A stretch of DNA of 64,000 nt from Candidatus Levybacteria bacterium RIFCSPHIGHO2_01_FULL_40_16 (GCA_001783805.1 MFNS01000001.1:649-64648), one strand, 5' to 3'. Positions 1-9,613 are shown, counted from the stretch's first letter. The notes: generated by a model not told the origin, from the sequence alone. Translations and numbers: made by a program.

Positions 1-39
1 TACGCCAAAGGCTTTGACGGACAAGCAAAACTCCAAATT

Positions 40-1377
40 ATGACGAATAGAATTGTAATTTCAGATGCAGTTAAGCATGTTGGCGAGGTAATTGCTGTTT
101 GCGGATGGGTTTATCTGAGGCGTGATCATGGCAAGCTCATTTTCCTAAGTTTGAGGGATAGATCAGGCATGCTTCAGATAGTTGTGAATGCCAGTGTTTC
201 ACAAAACGCCTATGAAGCGACAAAAGATGTTAGGCCGGAATTCGTAGTCAAGATCGAAGGAATTGTTAAAAAAAGACCTGAAAATGCGATTGACAAAAAT
301 TCTCCTGTTGGCAGTGTCGAGCTTGAAGCCAAAAATATTGAAATTCTGGCCAAAGCGGAAACACTACCCTTTGATATGGGAGGAAAAGATCTGAATCTCG
401 AACTTCCTACGCTATTAGATCATCGGACACTAACCCTTCGTCACCCTTCTGTCTCATTTATTTTTAAGGTGCAGGCAGCAATTAGTGAGGGTTTTCGGAA
501 AACCGCCCAAAGTTTGGGATGTACGGAAATTTTCGTTCCGACAATTGTGTCAAGCGCCACAGAAGGCGGAGCGGATGTATTCGATCTCAATTATTATATT
601 CATAAAGCTTATCTTGCTCAAAGTCCGCAATTGTACAAGCAGATGCTTGTTCCGGTTTTTGAAAGAGTTTTTACGATAGCCCACGCTTATCGCGCAGAGC
701 CTTCTGTAACAACTAAGCATTTATCCGAAATAGTTCAGATGGATTGCGAATTTGGATTTTCTGATTTTCAAACACTACTTGATTATGCGCAGTTGGTCGG
801 AACGCAAACTCTGAAATATGCCCAAGATCAATGCGGCAAAGAGTTTAACGATTTCGGTATAGAGAAAATTTCTTTTGGAGAAATTAAAAGATTAAAATTG
901 CGGGAAGCGCAAGAGATAATTTTCAAAGAAACAGGCAGAGACGCCCGAAAAGAAAAAGACCTAAGTCCGCAAGATGAAATAGATATTTGTAAATGGACGC
1001 TAAAAAATCACAAAAGCGATTTTGTCGCAATTACTCATTTTCCGACCAAATCAAAACCATTTTATACGCATCCGGATCCCGAGAATCCCGAATACAGTTT
1101 GAGTTATGACCTATTATTTAGGGGTGCTGAAATAATGAGCGGAAGCCAGAGGATTAACGATTACCAGCGTCTTGTCTCGGCAATAAAAGACAGAGGTGTG
1201 GATCTTAAAAAATTTGAAATGTACCTGCAAGCTTTTAAATATGGTATGCCTCTGGAAGGAGGCTTTTCTTTTGGATTAGAAAGGACTACAATGAAACTTC
1301 TTAATTTAAAAAATATTAGAGAAGCGAGTCTTTTTCCCCGAGACATGGAGCGCGTAGATGAAAGGTTTTCCCATTAA
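40..1377 (+). CDS. aspS: Aspartyl-tRNA synthetase, short archaeal/eukaryote-like type without GAD insert (probably non-discriminating Asp/Asn)
   Basis: OB-fold start GWV..RRDHGKLIFL.LRD; class IIb motifs LAQSPQLYKQ, YRAE, GGFSFGLER, FPRD; 445 aa. Confidence 0.9.
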   Translation: MTNRIVISDAVKHVGEVIAVCGWVYLRRDHGKLIFLSLRDRSGMLQIVVNASVSQNAYEATKDVRPEFVVKIEGIVKKRPENAIDKNSPVGSVELEAKNIEILAKAETLPFDMGGKDLNLELPTLLDHRTLTLRHPSVSFIFKVQAAISEGFRKTAQSLGCTEIFVPTIVSSATEGGADVFDLNYYIHKAYLAQSPQLYKQMLVPVFERVFTIAHAYRAEPSVTTKHLSEIVQMDCEFGFSDFQTLLDYAQLVGTQTLKYAQDQCGKEFNDFGIEKISFGEIKRLKLREAQEIIFKETGRDARKEKDLSPQDEIDICKWTLKNHKSDFVAITHFPTKSKPFYTHPDPENPEYSLSYDLLFRGAEIMSGSQRINDYQRLVSAIKDRGVDLKKFEMYLQAFKYGMPLEGGFSFGLERTTMKLLNLKNIREASLFPRDMERVDERFSH

Positions 1378-2296
1378 TTTCTTCAAAAATAAAAGAAAGC
1401 ACATTCTATACACGTCTATATTGTTGTGTCTTTTAATCTTGGTAGCAGGTGCTTTTTTGGATGTGATTCTAAGGTATTACATTTTTGAAAAAAAGATCAA
1501 AGAATTTCCCTTCCAAATTGCAAATCAACAATATCCGACTTTTAAATCTCCGATAAATCCCGACATCACGGCCAAGGCAGTTGTAATAATGGACAAAGAT
1601 TCGAAAGCCGTGCTTTTTTCAAAAAATCCAAATCTATTATTTTCTATGGCATCAACCACGAAAATTATGACAGCATTGGTTTCGTTAGATTACTACAAAA
1701 TGAACGATGTCTTAACGGTCAGAACAGAACGGGTTGAGGGGGTTAATGTCGGATTCCAAATTGGTGAGCAATTGTTCTTCAGGGATATTTTGTATGCCAT
1801 GCTTCTTCCGTCAGGCAATGATGCGGCCTTAGCTTTGGCCCAGAATTATCCCGGCGGAGAAAAGGCATTCATCAAAAAAATGGATGAAAAAGCTAAATTA
1901 TTACGCCTGACCAATACCAATTTCGCAGATTCAATCGGGCTGGAAGATAGCCGTGATTACACCACTCCTTTAGATTTGGCCAGATTAGCGTCAATCGCTT
2001 TGGAAAATGAAGTATTTGCAAAAATAGTTGCAACCAAAACTTGGGAAATGCAAGACATTGCCGGAGAAAATAAATATTCACTAAATAACCTTAACAAATT
2101 ATTGGGAATCCAAGGGGTAAATGGAGTAAAAACAGGTTATACGACTGAAGCGGGTCAAGTATTGGTTACTTCAAAAAAAGAAGGCGAGCATACCCTAATT
2201 ATTGTTGTGATGGATAGTCAGGATAGATTTTTTGATACAAGTCGTTTATTATACGAAATATCAGAAAACATTAATTACTTATCCATTCATCCTTGA
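1358..2296 (+). CDS. D-alanyl-D-alanine carboxypeptidase (peptidase S11) with N-terminal membrane anchor
   Basis: SxxK (ASTTKIMTA), SxN (PSGNDAA) and KTG (VKTGYT) motifs. Confidence 0.92.
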   Translation: MKGFPINFFKNKRKHILYTSILLCLLILVAGAFLDVILRYYIFEKKIKEFPFQIANQQYPTFKSPINPDITAKAVVIMDKDSKAVLFSKNPNLLFSMASTTKIMTALVSLDYYKMNDVLTVRTERVEGVNVGFQIGEQLFFRDILYAMLLPSGNDAALALAQNYPGGEKAFIKKMDEKAKLLRLTNTNFADSIGLEDSRDYTTPLDLARLASIALENEVFAKIVATKTWEMQDIAGENKYSLNNLNKLLGIQGVNGVKTGYTTEAGQVLVTSKKEGEHTLIIVVMDSQDRFFDTSRLLYEISENINYLSIHP

Positions 2297-3311
2297 CCGC
2301 AGAAACGTAAGCTACAAAATTATTACTTCCTTCAAATACAACAACGGGCATCAGGAAATCTTGCTGATTCTCTCCGATGTAATATCCCAGAAACACTTTT
2401 TTGATAATGAATTCAACCGTGTTGTCGGGTTTGTAGGCAATATAGGCTTTGCCTTTTTGTAATTCCGAAAACGCCTGGCTGGCAGCTTTTATGGCATAGG
2501 TAGAGCTAGTTTGGGAAATATTTTTATGGAAAAAGCGCGCGTCGACAACTTTCAGCTCGTTACTTTCTTTTCCGATCAGGAAATCAATAGTTGAGGATAT
2601 TCCTCTGTCGTAATAAATTGGCAAGCCGTCCAGATTTTTCTGGAAAAAATCGACCCTTACTATTTTGGTGTTGGAAATTTTGGAAGTTGGAATAAGGGCG
2701 CTCCCTGCAATCGAATATAAAGCGACTTTTGTTTTACTTTCGTCAACATCTTGCGGAAATAAGGACATGGAGGATAGAAAAGACCTGGCTACCTCGGCTG
2801 CGCGATCTTTTTGGTCAAGAGTTGAGAATGTCTGGAGAGATTGGGTCACTAAATATGGAGACGAAAGAGTAAAATCAGATGAAAAAATATTCATGGTAAT
2901 CATTCTTTGCAATGAGGCGCCTTGGTCAACCCATTGGTATGTATCTTCAGCGATTTGAACACCGTCTGATTTAAATCCAATGCTAGATACCTTTTGACGT
3001 GTTTTATCAAGCCCTAAAAGCGTAGGGGGTTCGGAGTTTATTTTATATACTTTTGCCCGATCGGAAAAATTCGGAAGAAATCCCGTTAAGGTATCCAGAG
3101 AGTAGGAAATATTTTCTTTCACTTGATTTGGGAAAGGAATTGCCGGCAATTTCCCAAAAGCGGCTTGCGGAGGAGGAGGGGGACTTAGAGAGTCTTTTAA
3201 AAACGATATGAATCTTATCCCCATAAAAAAAAGAAAAATTATAACCAAAGATATTCCGCCCCATTTGAGAATTTCCTGTGTTTCCTTTTTTGCTTTGCTT
3301 AAAGTAGGCAT
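2271..3311 (-). CDS. Hypothetical membrane-anchored extracytoplasmic protein
   Basis: 346-aa ORF; N-terminal TM helix, poly-Pro linker (SPPPPPQ), then soluble domain. Confidence 0.75.
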   Translation of the reverse strand: MPTLSKAKKETQEILKWGGISLVIIFLFFMGIRFISFLKDSLSPPPPPQAAFGKLPAIPFPNQVKENISYSLDTLTGFLPNFSDRAKVYKINSEPPTLLGLDKTRQKVSSIGFKSDGVQIAEDTYQWVDQGASLQRMITMNIFSSDFTLSSPYLVTQSLQTFSTLDQKDRAAEVARSFLSSMSLFPQDVDESKTKVALYSIAGSALIPTSKISNTKIVRVDFFQKNLDGLPIYYDRGISSTIDFLIGKESNELKVVDARFFHKNISQTSSTYAIKAASQAFSELQKGKAYIAYKPDNTVEFIIKKVFLGYYIGENQQDFLMPVVVFEGSNNFVAYVSAVKDEWISN

Positions 3312-3313
3312 GT

Positions 3314-3345
3314 CTTGGTACGTTCATGAAACTGAACGTACCTTG
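3314..3345. repeat. 24-bp palindrome (9-bp arms GTACGTTCA/TGAACGTAC, 6-nt loop) flanked by CTTG direct repeats
   Basis: Read directly: CTTG 3314-3317, palindrome 3318-3341, CTTG 3342-3345. Confidence 0.8.
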
Positions 3346-3386
3346 AGTATAAAGAAAAATTCAAGTACAATCAATACATCGAAACT

Positions 3387-4625
3387 ATGACTAGAGTTAG
3401 AATTGCGCCCAGTCCTACCGGAATTCCGCACATTGGGAATACGAGAACCGCACTCTTCAATTATCTTTTCGCCAAGCATACTAAGGGTAAATTTATAGTG
3501 CGTGTTGAGGATACTGATCGGGCCAGAATTGTTCTCGGGGCAAAAGAGGCAATTTTCGAAATTCTTACTTGGCTTGGTATTTCCTGGGATGAGGAATATG
3601 TTCAATCGGAAAGAAAAAGTATTTACAAGGAGCAAGTAGGAAATCTTGTTAAAAAGGGATTGGCTTATAAAGACGAAGGAGCGGTAAGGTTTAAGGTGCC
3701 GGCTAATCGGGAAATATCTTGGACAGACGCAATCGGGAATAAAAAAATTTCTTTTAAAACAGATGTCATAGAGGATTTTGTAATTCTTAAATCCGACGGG
3801 TTTCCAACCTACCATTTGGCAAACGTGGTTGATGATTATTTAATGAAAATTTCTCATATAATCCGCGGGGACGAATGGATTTCTTCGACTCCGAAACATA
3901 TTTTGCTTTATGAAGCTTTTGGCTGGGATCTGCCGGTGTTTGCTCATCTGCCTGTTATTTTGGGACCGGATAAGACCAAATTATCAAAACGTCACGGGGC
4001 ACAATCGGTTTTAGATTTAAAAAACGATGGATATTTGAAAGAAGCAATTGTAAATTTTATGGCACTGTTGGGATGGAGCCATCCGGAAGGAAAAGAAATA
4101 TTTTCTCTGACGGAAATAATAAAAACATTTGATTTAAAAGATGTCGGAACAGTTGCACCGATTTTTGATTTACAAAAATTAACTTGGATGAATGGGGAGT
4201 ACATTAGACAAACTCAAAACTCAAAACTCAAAACTCAAATCTGTGAATTTTATGAGAAAGATAAGAATGTATTAGAGTTTTTAAAAAACAATTCAACAAA
4301 ATTAAATCTAATATTGGATTTGGCTAAGACGCGAATGAAAACCTTAAAGGAGTTTAAAGATTTGGTTATCCCAAGAATACCGAAATTATCCCTTGAGAAA
4401 AAAAATATCGCCAAAGCTCTGTCGGAAAATTTTAGCGAAATTAAAAATTGGAATTCCGAGACAATCCTTTCAGCAATGAAAAAAGCTCTAATCTTGCATA
4501 AAGCAAAAGGCAGCGTTTTGTACGAGATTGCAACAGGCTTCGAGAAGGGACTGCCTCTTCCCGATTCTTTAGAAATTTTAGGTAAAGAAAAAACCTTACA
4601 GAGGATTAAGAAAGTAGCTCAATAA
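3387..4625 (+). CDS. gltX: Glutamate-tRNA ligase (compact)
   Basis: RIAPSPTGIPHIGN (HIGH), RVEDTD, IIRGDEW, KLSKR (KMSKS). Confidence 0.96.
   Translation: MTRVRIAPSPTGIPHIGNTRTALFNYLFAKHTKGKFIVRVEDTDRARIVLGAKEAIFEILTWLGISWDEEYVQSERKSIYKEQVGNLVKKGLAYKDEGAVRFKVPANREISWTDAIGNKKISFKTDVIEDFVILKSDGFPTYHLANVVDDYLMKISHIIRGDEWISSTPKHILLYEAFGWDLPVFAHLPVILGPDKTKLSKRHGAQSVLDLKNDGYLKEAIVNFMALLGWSHPEGKEIFSLTEIIKTFDLKDVGTVAPIFDLQKLTWMNGEYIRQTQNSKLKTQICEFYEKDKNVLEFLKNNSTKLNLILDLAKTRMKTLKEFKDLVIPRIPKLSLEKKNIAKALSENFSEIKNWNSETILSAMKKALILHKAKGSVLYEIATGFEKGLPLPDSLEILGKEKTLQRIKKVAQ
4210..4237 (+). repeat. (AAACTCA)x4 heptamer tandem repeat inside gltX
   Basis: Four perfect copies; encodes QTQNSKLKTQ. Confidence 0.9.
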
Positions 4626-4628
4626 TTT

Positions 4629-5228
4629 ATGACGGGGCTTGCTAAAGCGATATCGTTTTTTTTGGGTCCGGTTTTTACTCTTCTCCCAATACCTTTTATT
4701 CTAGTTGCAAGATTTAGCCAGGATTATAAATATGTTTTAAAATGGTCTATATTTTCTTATGCTTTTATCCTAGCTGTTGTTTTGTTCGTGATTGCAGGAG
4801 TGATGCTTGGAGTTTTTTCTAATTTTGATGTTTCCAAAAGAGAACAAAGACCGCTTCTTTTTTCATTTTCCGCGTTCGTGATATTTTGTTATTTATTATC
4901 TCTGCTTGTTTTGCGCGGGCCAAAAATTCTTTTTTTGGCTATCTTTGCTGTAATTTTTGGTCTGGTAACTTTTATAATTGCTAACAAGTGGATCAAAGCA
5001 AGCATTCATGTTGCAACAGCCACAGCTGTCCTGCTATTAATAGGAATTATTTATAAAGGATATTTTTTTCTGCTTCTTATCCTTATTCCTCTTCTTGCCT
5101 GGGCACGCGTCAAGACTAAAGAACATTCTGCAACAGAAACAATAATTGGCAGTATCTTAGGGATCATGGTAACATTAACCGTATATCTTATCAGTAAGCA
5201 ATTTCTTTTGGGGATGATTTATAATTAA
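4629..5228 (+). CDS. PAP2-like (phosphoesterase-related) membrane protein
   Basis: Multi-TM; KASIH and WARV...H...E...G resemble PAP2 C2/C3 motifs; adjacent to dgkA. Confidence 0.6.
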   Translation: MTGLAKAISFFLGPVFTLLPIPFILVARFSQDYKYVLKWSIFSYAFILAVVLFVIAGVMLGVFSNFDVSKREQRPLLFSFSAFVIFCYLLSLLVLRGPKILFLAIFAVIFGLVTFIIANKWIKASIHVATATAVLLLIGIIYKGYFFLLLILIPLLAWARVKTKEHSATETIIGSILGIMVTLTVYLISKQFLLGMIYN

Positions 5229-5231
5229 AAT

Positions 5232-5600
5232 ATGGATTACGATAAGTCTTTATCAAATTCTTTTAAATATGCGCTTGAAGGTGTTTGGCACGCACTGAAA
5301 AATAATCGCAACTTAAGAATAGATTTTATTGCAGCTTTGATTGTAATTGTTTTAAGCGTAGTTTTTCACACCAATCCATATGAAAAAGGTGTTTTGGGAA
5401 TTACGATCTTATTCGTTATTTGTTCCGAAATGATTAATACTTCGCTGGAGGAAATGGTGAATCTTATTACACAGGAACACAGAAGAGAGGCAAAAATCGC
5501 CAAAGATGTAGCCGCGGGAATGGTTCTGATCGCAGCGATAGGATCTGTGATTGTTGGGATTTTTATATTTTCCCCGTATATATCTAAATTACTTTATTAA
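5232..5600 (+). CDS. dgkA: Diacylglycerol/undecaprenol kinase family protein
   Basis: SFKYALEG, EMINTSLEE, AKIAKDVAAG motifs; 122 aa. Confidence 0.92.
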   Translation: MDYDKSLSNSFKYALEGVWHALKNNRNLRIDFIAALIVIVLSVVFHTNPYEKGVLGITILFVICSEMINTSLEEMVNLITQEHRREAKIAKDVAAGMVLIAAIGSVIVGIFIFSPYISKLLY

Positions 5601-6143
5601 AGAGATCGCGGAAACAAGCAGGAATACCCCGGCTGTATCAAGAATAAAAGATAAAATGACAAACTGATAACTTTTTATTTTACTTACTTCCAATAAACCT
5701 ATTCCTATTTCGTCCGGAAAAGGAGAAGCGATAATTATCGCGCCAATTATAGGCAGACTCCATCTGAAATATCTGTGATACATTAAGCGTGTCAAGTGTC
5801 TGCCTCCAAAACGATTGTAAATTGGCGTAATTTCTTCAATTAAATTACATCTGAAGAAGCGGAAAATAACAAAATCTCCAACAGCGCCACCTAATCCCGC
5901 CAATAAAGCTATTTCTATTGGAGGCAACGTTGTTGCTAAATCCGAAAGCATCAATATTCCAAGCGCAGCCGTGAACGCCGATACGTAAAATACTCCGGCA
6001 ACAAGAGAGCCAATAAAGGGAATATAACGAAGATTAAAAAGACCATCATTAAGGAATTTATATTTTGATAAAAAAATTGCAAGGAGTATGCTTATCGCAA
6101 CAAGGGTGAGGTTTTTATATTTATAATTCTTTAAAAATTTCAC
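5589..6143 (-). CDS. Hypothetical multi-pass membrane protein
   Basis: Hydrophobic ORF with ASPFPDEIG motif; start moved to GTG 6143 because TGcTATACT lies 6 nt upstream. Confidence 0.7.
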   Translation of the reverse strand: MKFLKNYKYKNLTLVAISILLAIFLSKYKFLNDGLFNLRYIPFIGSLVAGVFYVSAFTAALGILMLSDLATTLPPIEIALLAGLGGAVGDFVIFRFFRCNLIEEITPIYNRFGGRHLTRLMYHRYFRWSLPIIGAIIIASPFPDEIGIGLLEVSKIKSYQFVILSFILDTAGVFLLVSAISLIK

Positions 6144-6203
6144 TCCCTTAGTATAGCAAATTAATAATAGTCGTTGCCGAATAATATGATAATATGAATA
6201 TGT

Positions 6204-6548
6204 ATGGAGCCGCAATTAAATTGTCCGAATTGTAAGCAGAATATTGCTACGTCAGATTATTTTTGTCCGAACTGCGGAAAAAAACTAAAAGATAAACCTT
6301 TATCTACAACAATTGCCAGGCAAATATTCGTTTATTCTTTTAGTCTTTTACTTCCGCCTTTGGGACTTTGGCCGGCAATCAGATATTTAAAACAAGAATC
6401 GGATAAAGCAAGAATGATTGGTTTTATTGCGATTGTTTTGACAATAATCTCTACAGCTGTAGAACTCTGGCTTGGTCTGGGTTTTATAAATACATTTAAT
6501 CAACAATTTAATCAACAGCTCAACAGCAATCTTAATTTGTACCGTTAA
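6204..6548 (+). CDS. Zinc-ribbon domain membrane protein
   Basis: CPNC...FCPNCG followed by two TM helices. Confidence 0.75.
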   Translation: MEPQLNCPNCKQNIATSDYFCPNCGKKLKDKPLSTTIARQIFVYSFSLLLPPLGLWPAIRYLKQESDKARMIGFIAIVLTIISTAVELWLGLGFINTFNQQFNQQLNSNLNLYR

Positions 6549-6786
6549 TTAAAGCTTCTTTTTGCGCGTGGGTGAATTTTTTTATTTCAATTTCCCGTTT
6601 CAAAGCTTTAGAAGGGGTAGGTTGGGTTTCTTGATAAACCAATTCAAATGATTTAAAGCTCCGCAGGTATTTTGATGATCTACCTGTTTTATTTTTATGC
6701 TCATTTAATCTCTTTTTCAGATTATTTGTCTGTCCGGTGTAAAGAGTATTTGAAGATGTGCGGAGAATATAGACTGTATAAACCAC
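6532..6786 (-). CDS. GIY-YIG nuclease family protein (UPF0213-like)
   Basis: VYIL...LYTGQTNNLKKRLNEH and ALKRE..IKK motifs. Confidence 0.9.
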   Translation of the reverse strand: MVYTVYILRTSSNTLYTGQTNNLKKRLNEHKNKTGRSSKYLRSFKSFELVYQETQPTPSKALKREIEIKKFTHAQKEALINGTN

Positions 6787-6793
6787 CTATTTA

Positions 6794-8011
6794 TTATACC
6801 CCTTCCAGGAAAGTCAGGGCAGTGCCTTTTTTGTCAACTCTGCCGGTCCGGCCGATTCTGTGAATATAAACTTCGTATGATTCAGGCATATCGTAATTGA
6901 TCACGTGACTGACATCCGGAATATCCAGTCCGCGTGAGGCAACATCGGTTGCTAACAGTACTTGGATTTCGTTATTCTTGAATGCATCCAGAATCTTCTG
7001 GCGTTGATTTTGTCTTTTGTTTCCATGAATTGCCCCTGCACTAAATCCGCGTCTAATCAATTCATCGGTTAATTTTTGCACGCCCCATTTAGTTCTCCCA
7101 AAGATAAGTACTTTTCCAAATCCCGGCTGTCTCAAGAGATCATGGAGTTTATCAACTTTGTTGACGCCTGGTTGAACTCTAATCACTTCCTGTTCAATAT
7201 TTTCGGCAGTTTCCTGTTTTTTCACAGAAACAGTAATAGGATTTTTAACAAAAGTTTGCAAAATCTCTTTTACTTTGCCGGAAATGGTTGCCGAGAAAAA
7301 AAGCGACTGTCGGATTGGCGGCATCAGGGAAATAAAATATTTAATGTCTTTAATAAAGCCGATATCAACCATGCGGTCTGCTTCATCCAATACGACATTG
7401 TGAAATTGGGACAGTTGTAAAATTCCGGTTTCAATCAAATCCTTCAATCTTCCGGGAGTACCGATTACAAAATGCGGTTTTTGTCTTAATTGAGAAATCT
7501 GTTTATTCATATTTGCTCCACCAATGCAAAGCGCAGTATATATTCCTAAACCTCTGGCAAAACCGCGCAACTCATCATGAATTTGCAGAACCAATTCATG
7601 AGTCGGGGCAACAATCAATACTCTTTCCTGCTTGTTTCTGAATACTTTGTCAACCAGGGGAATTAAAAAAGCAGCAGTTTTACCTGTTCCCGTATTGGCA
7701 ATACCAATCACGTCCCGTCCCTCAATAATAGGGGCAATTACCTGATCCTGAATTGGAGTAGGAGCAGTGTAGCCTTTAAGTTTAATATTCTCTAAAACCT
7801 GTGGAGAAAGCTTAAGATCCTCGAATTTATTTACCGGAACATAATCTATCTCCGGCTGAGTAAGTTTGATTTCATTCACAGTCTTAGTCGCTTGGATTGC
7901 GCCAATTAGTTCGGAATTAGCCATTACTTTCTGAGGAAATCTTTTAAAATTTCTTCCAAAATTTCTCCTCCCAAAGTTTCGACCTGGATCATTAAATCTT
8001 CGTTTATTCAT
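6794..8011 (-). CDS. DEAD-box RNA helicase
   Basis: Q motif PTPIQ, TGTGKT, PTHEL, TPGR, LDEADRM, SAT, ASRGLD, HRIGRTGR. Confidence 0.96.
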   Translation of the reverse strand: MNKRRFNDPGRNFGRRNFGRNFKRFPQKVMANSELIGAIQATKTVNEIKLTQPEIDYVPVNKFEDLKLSPQVLENIKLKGYTAPTPIQDQVIAPIIEGRDVIGIANTGTGKTAAFLIPLVDKVFRNKQERVLIVAPTHELVLQIHDELRGFARGLGIYTALCIGGANMNKQISQLRQKPHFVIGTPGRLKDLIETGILQLSQFHNVVLDEADRMVDIGFIKDIKYFISLMPPIRQSLFFSATISGKVKEILQTFVKNPITVSVKKQETAENIEQEVIRVQPGVNKVDKLHDLLRQPGFGKVLIFGRTKWGVQKLTDELIRRGFSAGAIHGNKRQNQRQKILDAFKNNEIQVLLATDVASRGLDIPDVSHVINYDMPESYEVYIHRIGRTGRVDKKGTALTFLEGV

Positions 8012-8177
8012 ATTAAAGGAATAAAACTGCCTAAATAAAGATTGAAGCTGTGAGTAGGGGAAAAGATACGAATTTCAAAAAATTGTATTACTTATTATCT
8101 TTAACTTATCTAATCAGAACTTTTCAAAATTAAGCAGATTTATTTCTTTAAATTAAACCTGCCGGATTTAGATTAGT

Positions 8178-8206
8178 ATTATACCAAAAATGGCTCCAAA
8201 AGTCAA
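8178..8206 (-). promoter_or_regulatory. Sigma70-type promoter of the DEAD-box helicase gene
   Basis: TTGACT-17 nt-TATAAT with extended -10 TG on the minus strand; about 160-nt leader to ATG 8011. Confidence 0.8.
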
Positions 8207-8454
8207 CCTTTATAGAGTGCTGTTCCGCTTTTGACAACCTCATTTACCTTAATAGCTACTTCTTCGCCCTTTTTCCCCGAAGTTACCTGTTTATGTTCAA
8301 GTTGCATTGATTCGATAGTCTGCTCAAAAGATTTGTCACCTTTTGTAAATTTGACTTTATCCTCCGCTTTTAAGGTCTTCTCAAGCTTTACTACCGCAAC
8401 TCCTATTTTGTCGTAGTAGTGAATAACCTTACCAATAAAATCCTTTTTGTTCAT
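8203..8454 (-). CDS. Small beta-barrel protein (translation-elongation-factor-like / peptidase U32 C-terminal-like)
   Basis: IGKVIHYYDKIGVAVV...SMQLEH...GEEVAIKV; SD-like GGGGGTG upstream of ATG 8454. Confidence 0.7.
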   Translation of the reverse strand: MNKKDFIGKVIHYYDKIGVAVVKLEKTLKAEDKVKFTKGDKSFEQTIESMQLEHKQVTSGKKGEEVAIKVNEVVKSGTALYKG

Positions 8455-8592
8455 CTCTCTCACCCCCTTTACCCGCCGATTCAGCGCTCTTTGAAGCGTG
8501 TATGAATAATACTGAAAAGCTGCAAAGTGAGCTCAGGCGGGCTGCGTTTGTAGTCATCTGCAATTCTACTGTAGTACGATTGCACTCACCTG

Positions 8593-9549
8593 TCAATAGA
8601 TCTTTTCCAGCTCTTGTTTTAGAATATTCAGGCTTACGGGATTGTAAATGGAAACGGTTAAAACTTTACCTTTTTTCTTCAAAATTTTCATATTCCTTTT
8701 AAAGGTTTTTTCATCAACCAGGTCGGTTTTGGTAAGCAAAATGATTTCCGGCTTGTCCAAAAGTAAAATATTATATTGCTTGAATTCATTGCGCACGGTT
8801 TCGTACGCTTTTTCCGGATTTACTTCGGAAGAGTCTATACAATGAACCAAAACTTTGGTTTTTTCAATATGTTTGAGAAATTCAACCCCCAAGCCTTTTC
8901 CTTTGGATGCGCCTTCAATCAGTCCCGGAATATCCGCAATCGCGTGCCCATTCAGCATTCCAATATTTGGTTCAAGAGTGGTGAATGGATAAGCGCCGAT
9001 TTTGGGAGTCGCATTGGTGAGGACAGAAAGCAGACTGCTTTTGCCTGCATTTGGCAGTCCGATCAGTCCGACATCCGCAATTAGTCTTAGTTCTAAAAAT
9101 AATTTCTTTTCTTTACCCGAAGTTCCTTTTTCGGCGTATCTTGGAGCTTGATTTGTAGCTGATTTAAACTCCGTATTTCCCCGTCCGCCTTTTCCGCCAC
9201 GCGCTGCAAGAATGCGCGTAACCGTATCGGTTATTTCAACTATGCTACCAGAGGTAGTGTCAGTTACGCGTGTTCCTAGGGGTAAATAAATAGTCAGATG
9301 CTCCGCATTTTTCCCAAATAATTTTTTATGTTTACCGGGAGTTCCGCTTTGCGCCTCAATTCTTTTCTTATACCGGAATTCACGCAAATCATTAATATTG
9401 GTTGAACCCTGAAAATAAATGTTTCCGCCGTTTCCGCCATTGCCCCCGTCCGGCCCGCCTTTGGCTTTGCCTTCACTTCGCAAAAAGGTTGCTGCACCGT
9501 CCCCACCGTTACCCGCCTTAACAATTAAATTAATATTATCAACCAACAT
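8593..9549 (-). CDS. obgE: GTPase ObgE/CgtA (no C-terminal extension)
   Basis: Gly-rich Obg fold (GGPDGGNGGNGG), GLPNAGKS, YPFTT, DIPG, TKTD. Confidence 0.96.
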   Translation of the reverse strand: MLVDNINLIVKAGNGGDGAATFLRSEGKAKGGPDGGNGGNGGNIYFQGSTNINDLREFRYKKRIEAQSGTPGKHKKLFGKNAEHLTIYLPLGTRVTDTTSGSIVEITDTVTRILAARGGKGGRGNTEFKSATNQAPRYAEKGTSGKEKKLFLELRLIADVGLIGLPNAGKSSLLSVLTNATPKIGAYPFTTLEPNIGMLNGHAIADIPGLIEGASKGKGLGVEFLKHIEKTKVLVHCIDSSEVNPEKAYETVRNEFKQYNILLLDKPEIILLTKTDLVDEKTFKRNMKILKKKGKVLTVSIYNPVSLNILKQELEKIY

Positions 9550-9613
9550 GTGCGCATTGTACCATTTTTATTGTTAATAGTTAGGAGTTTTGATAAAATC
9601 AACTTGTCTAACA

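Noticed and set aside
1-39. GC-richer sequence before aspS resembling the tail of a REP-like palindrome
   Set aside because: Cut off by the window edge, so the other arm cannot be seen.
6532-6786. GIY-YIG ORF as a homing endonuclease or mobile intron
   Set aside because: It is an 84-aa stand-alone UPF0213-type protein with no DNA-binding extension and no interrupted host gene.
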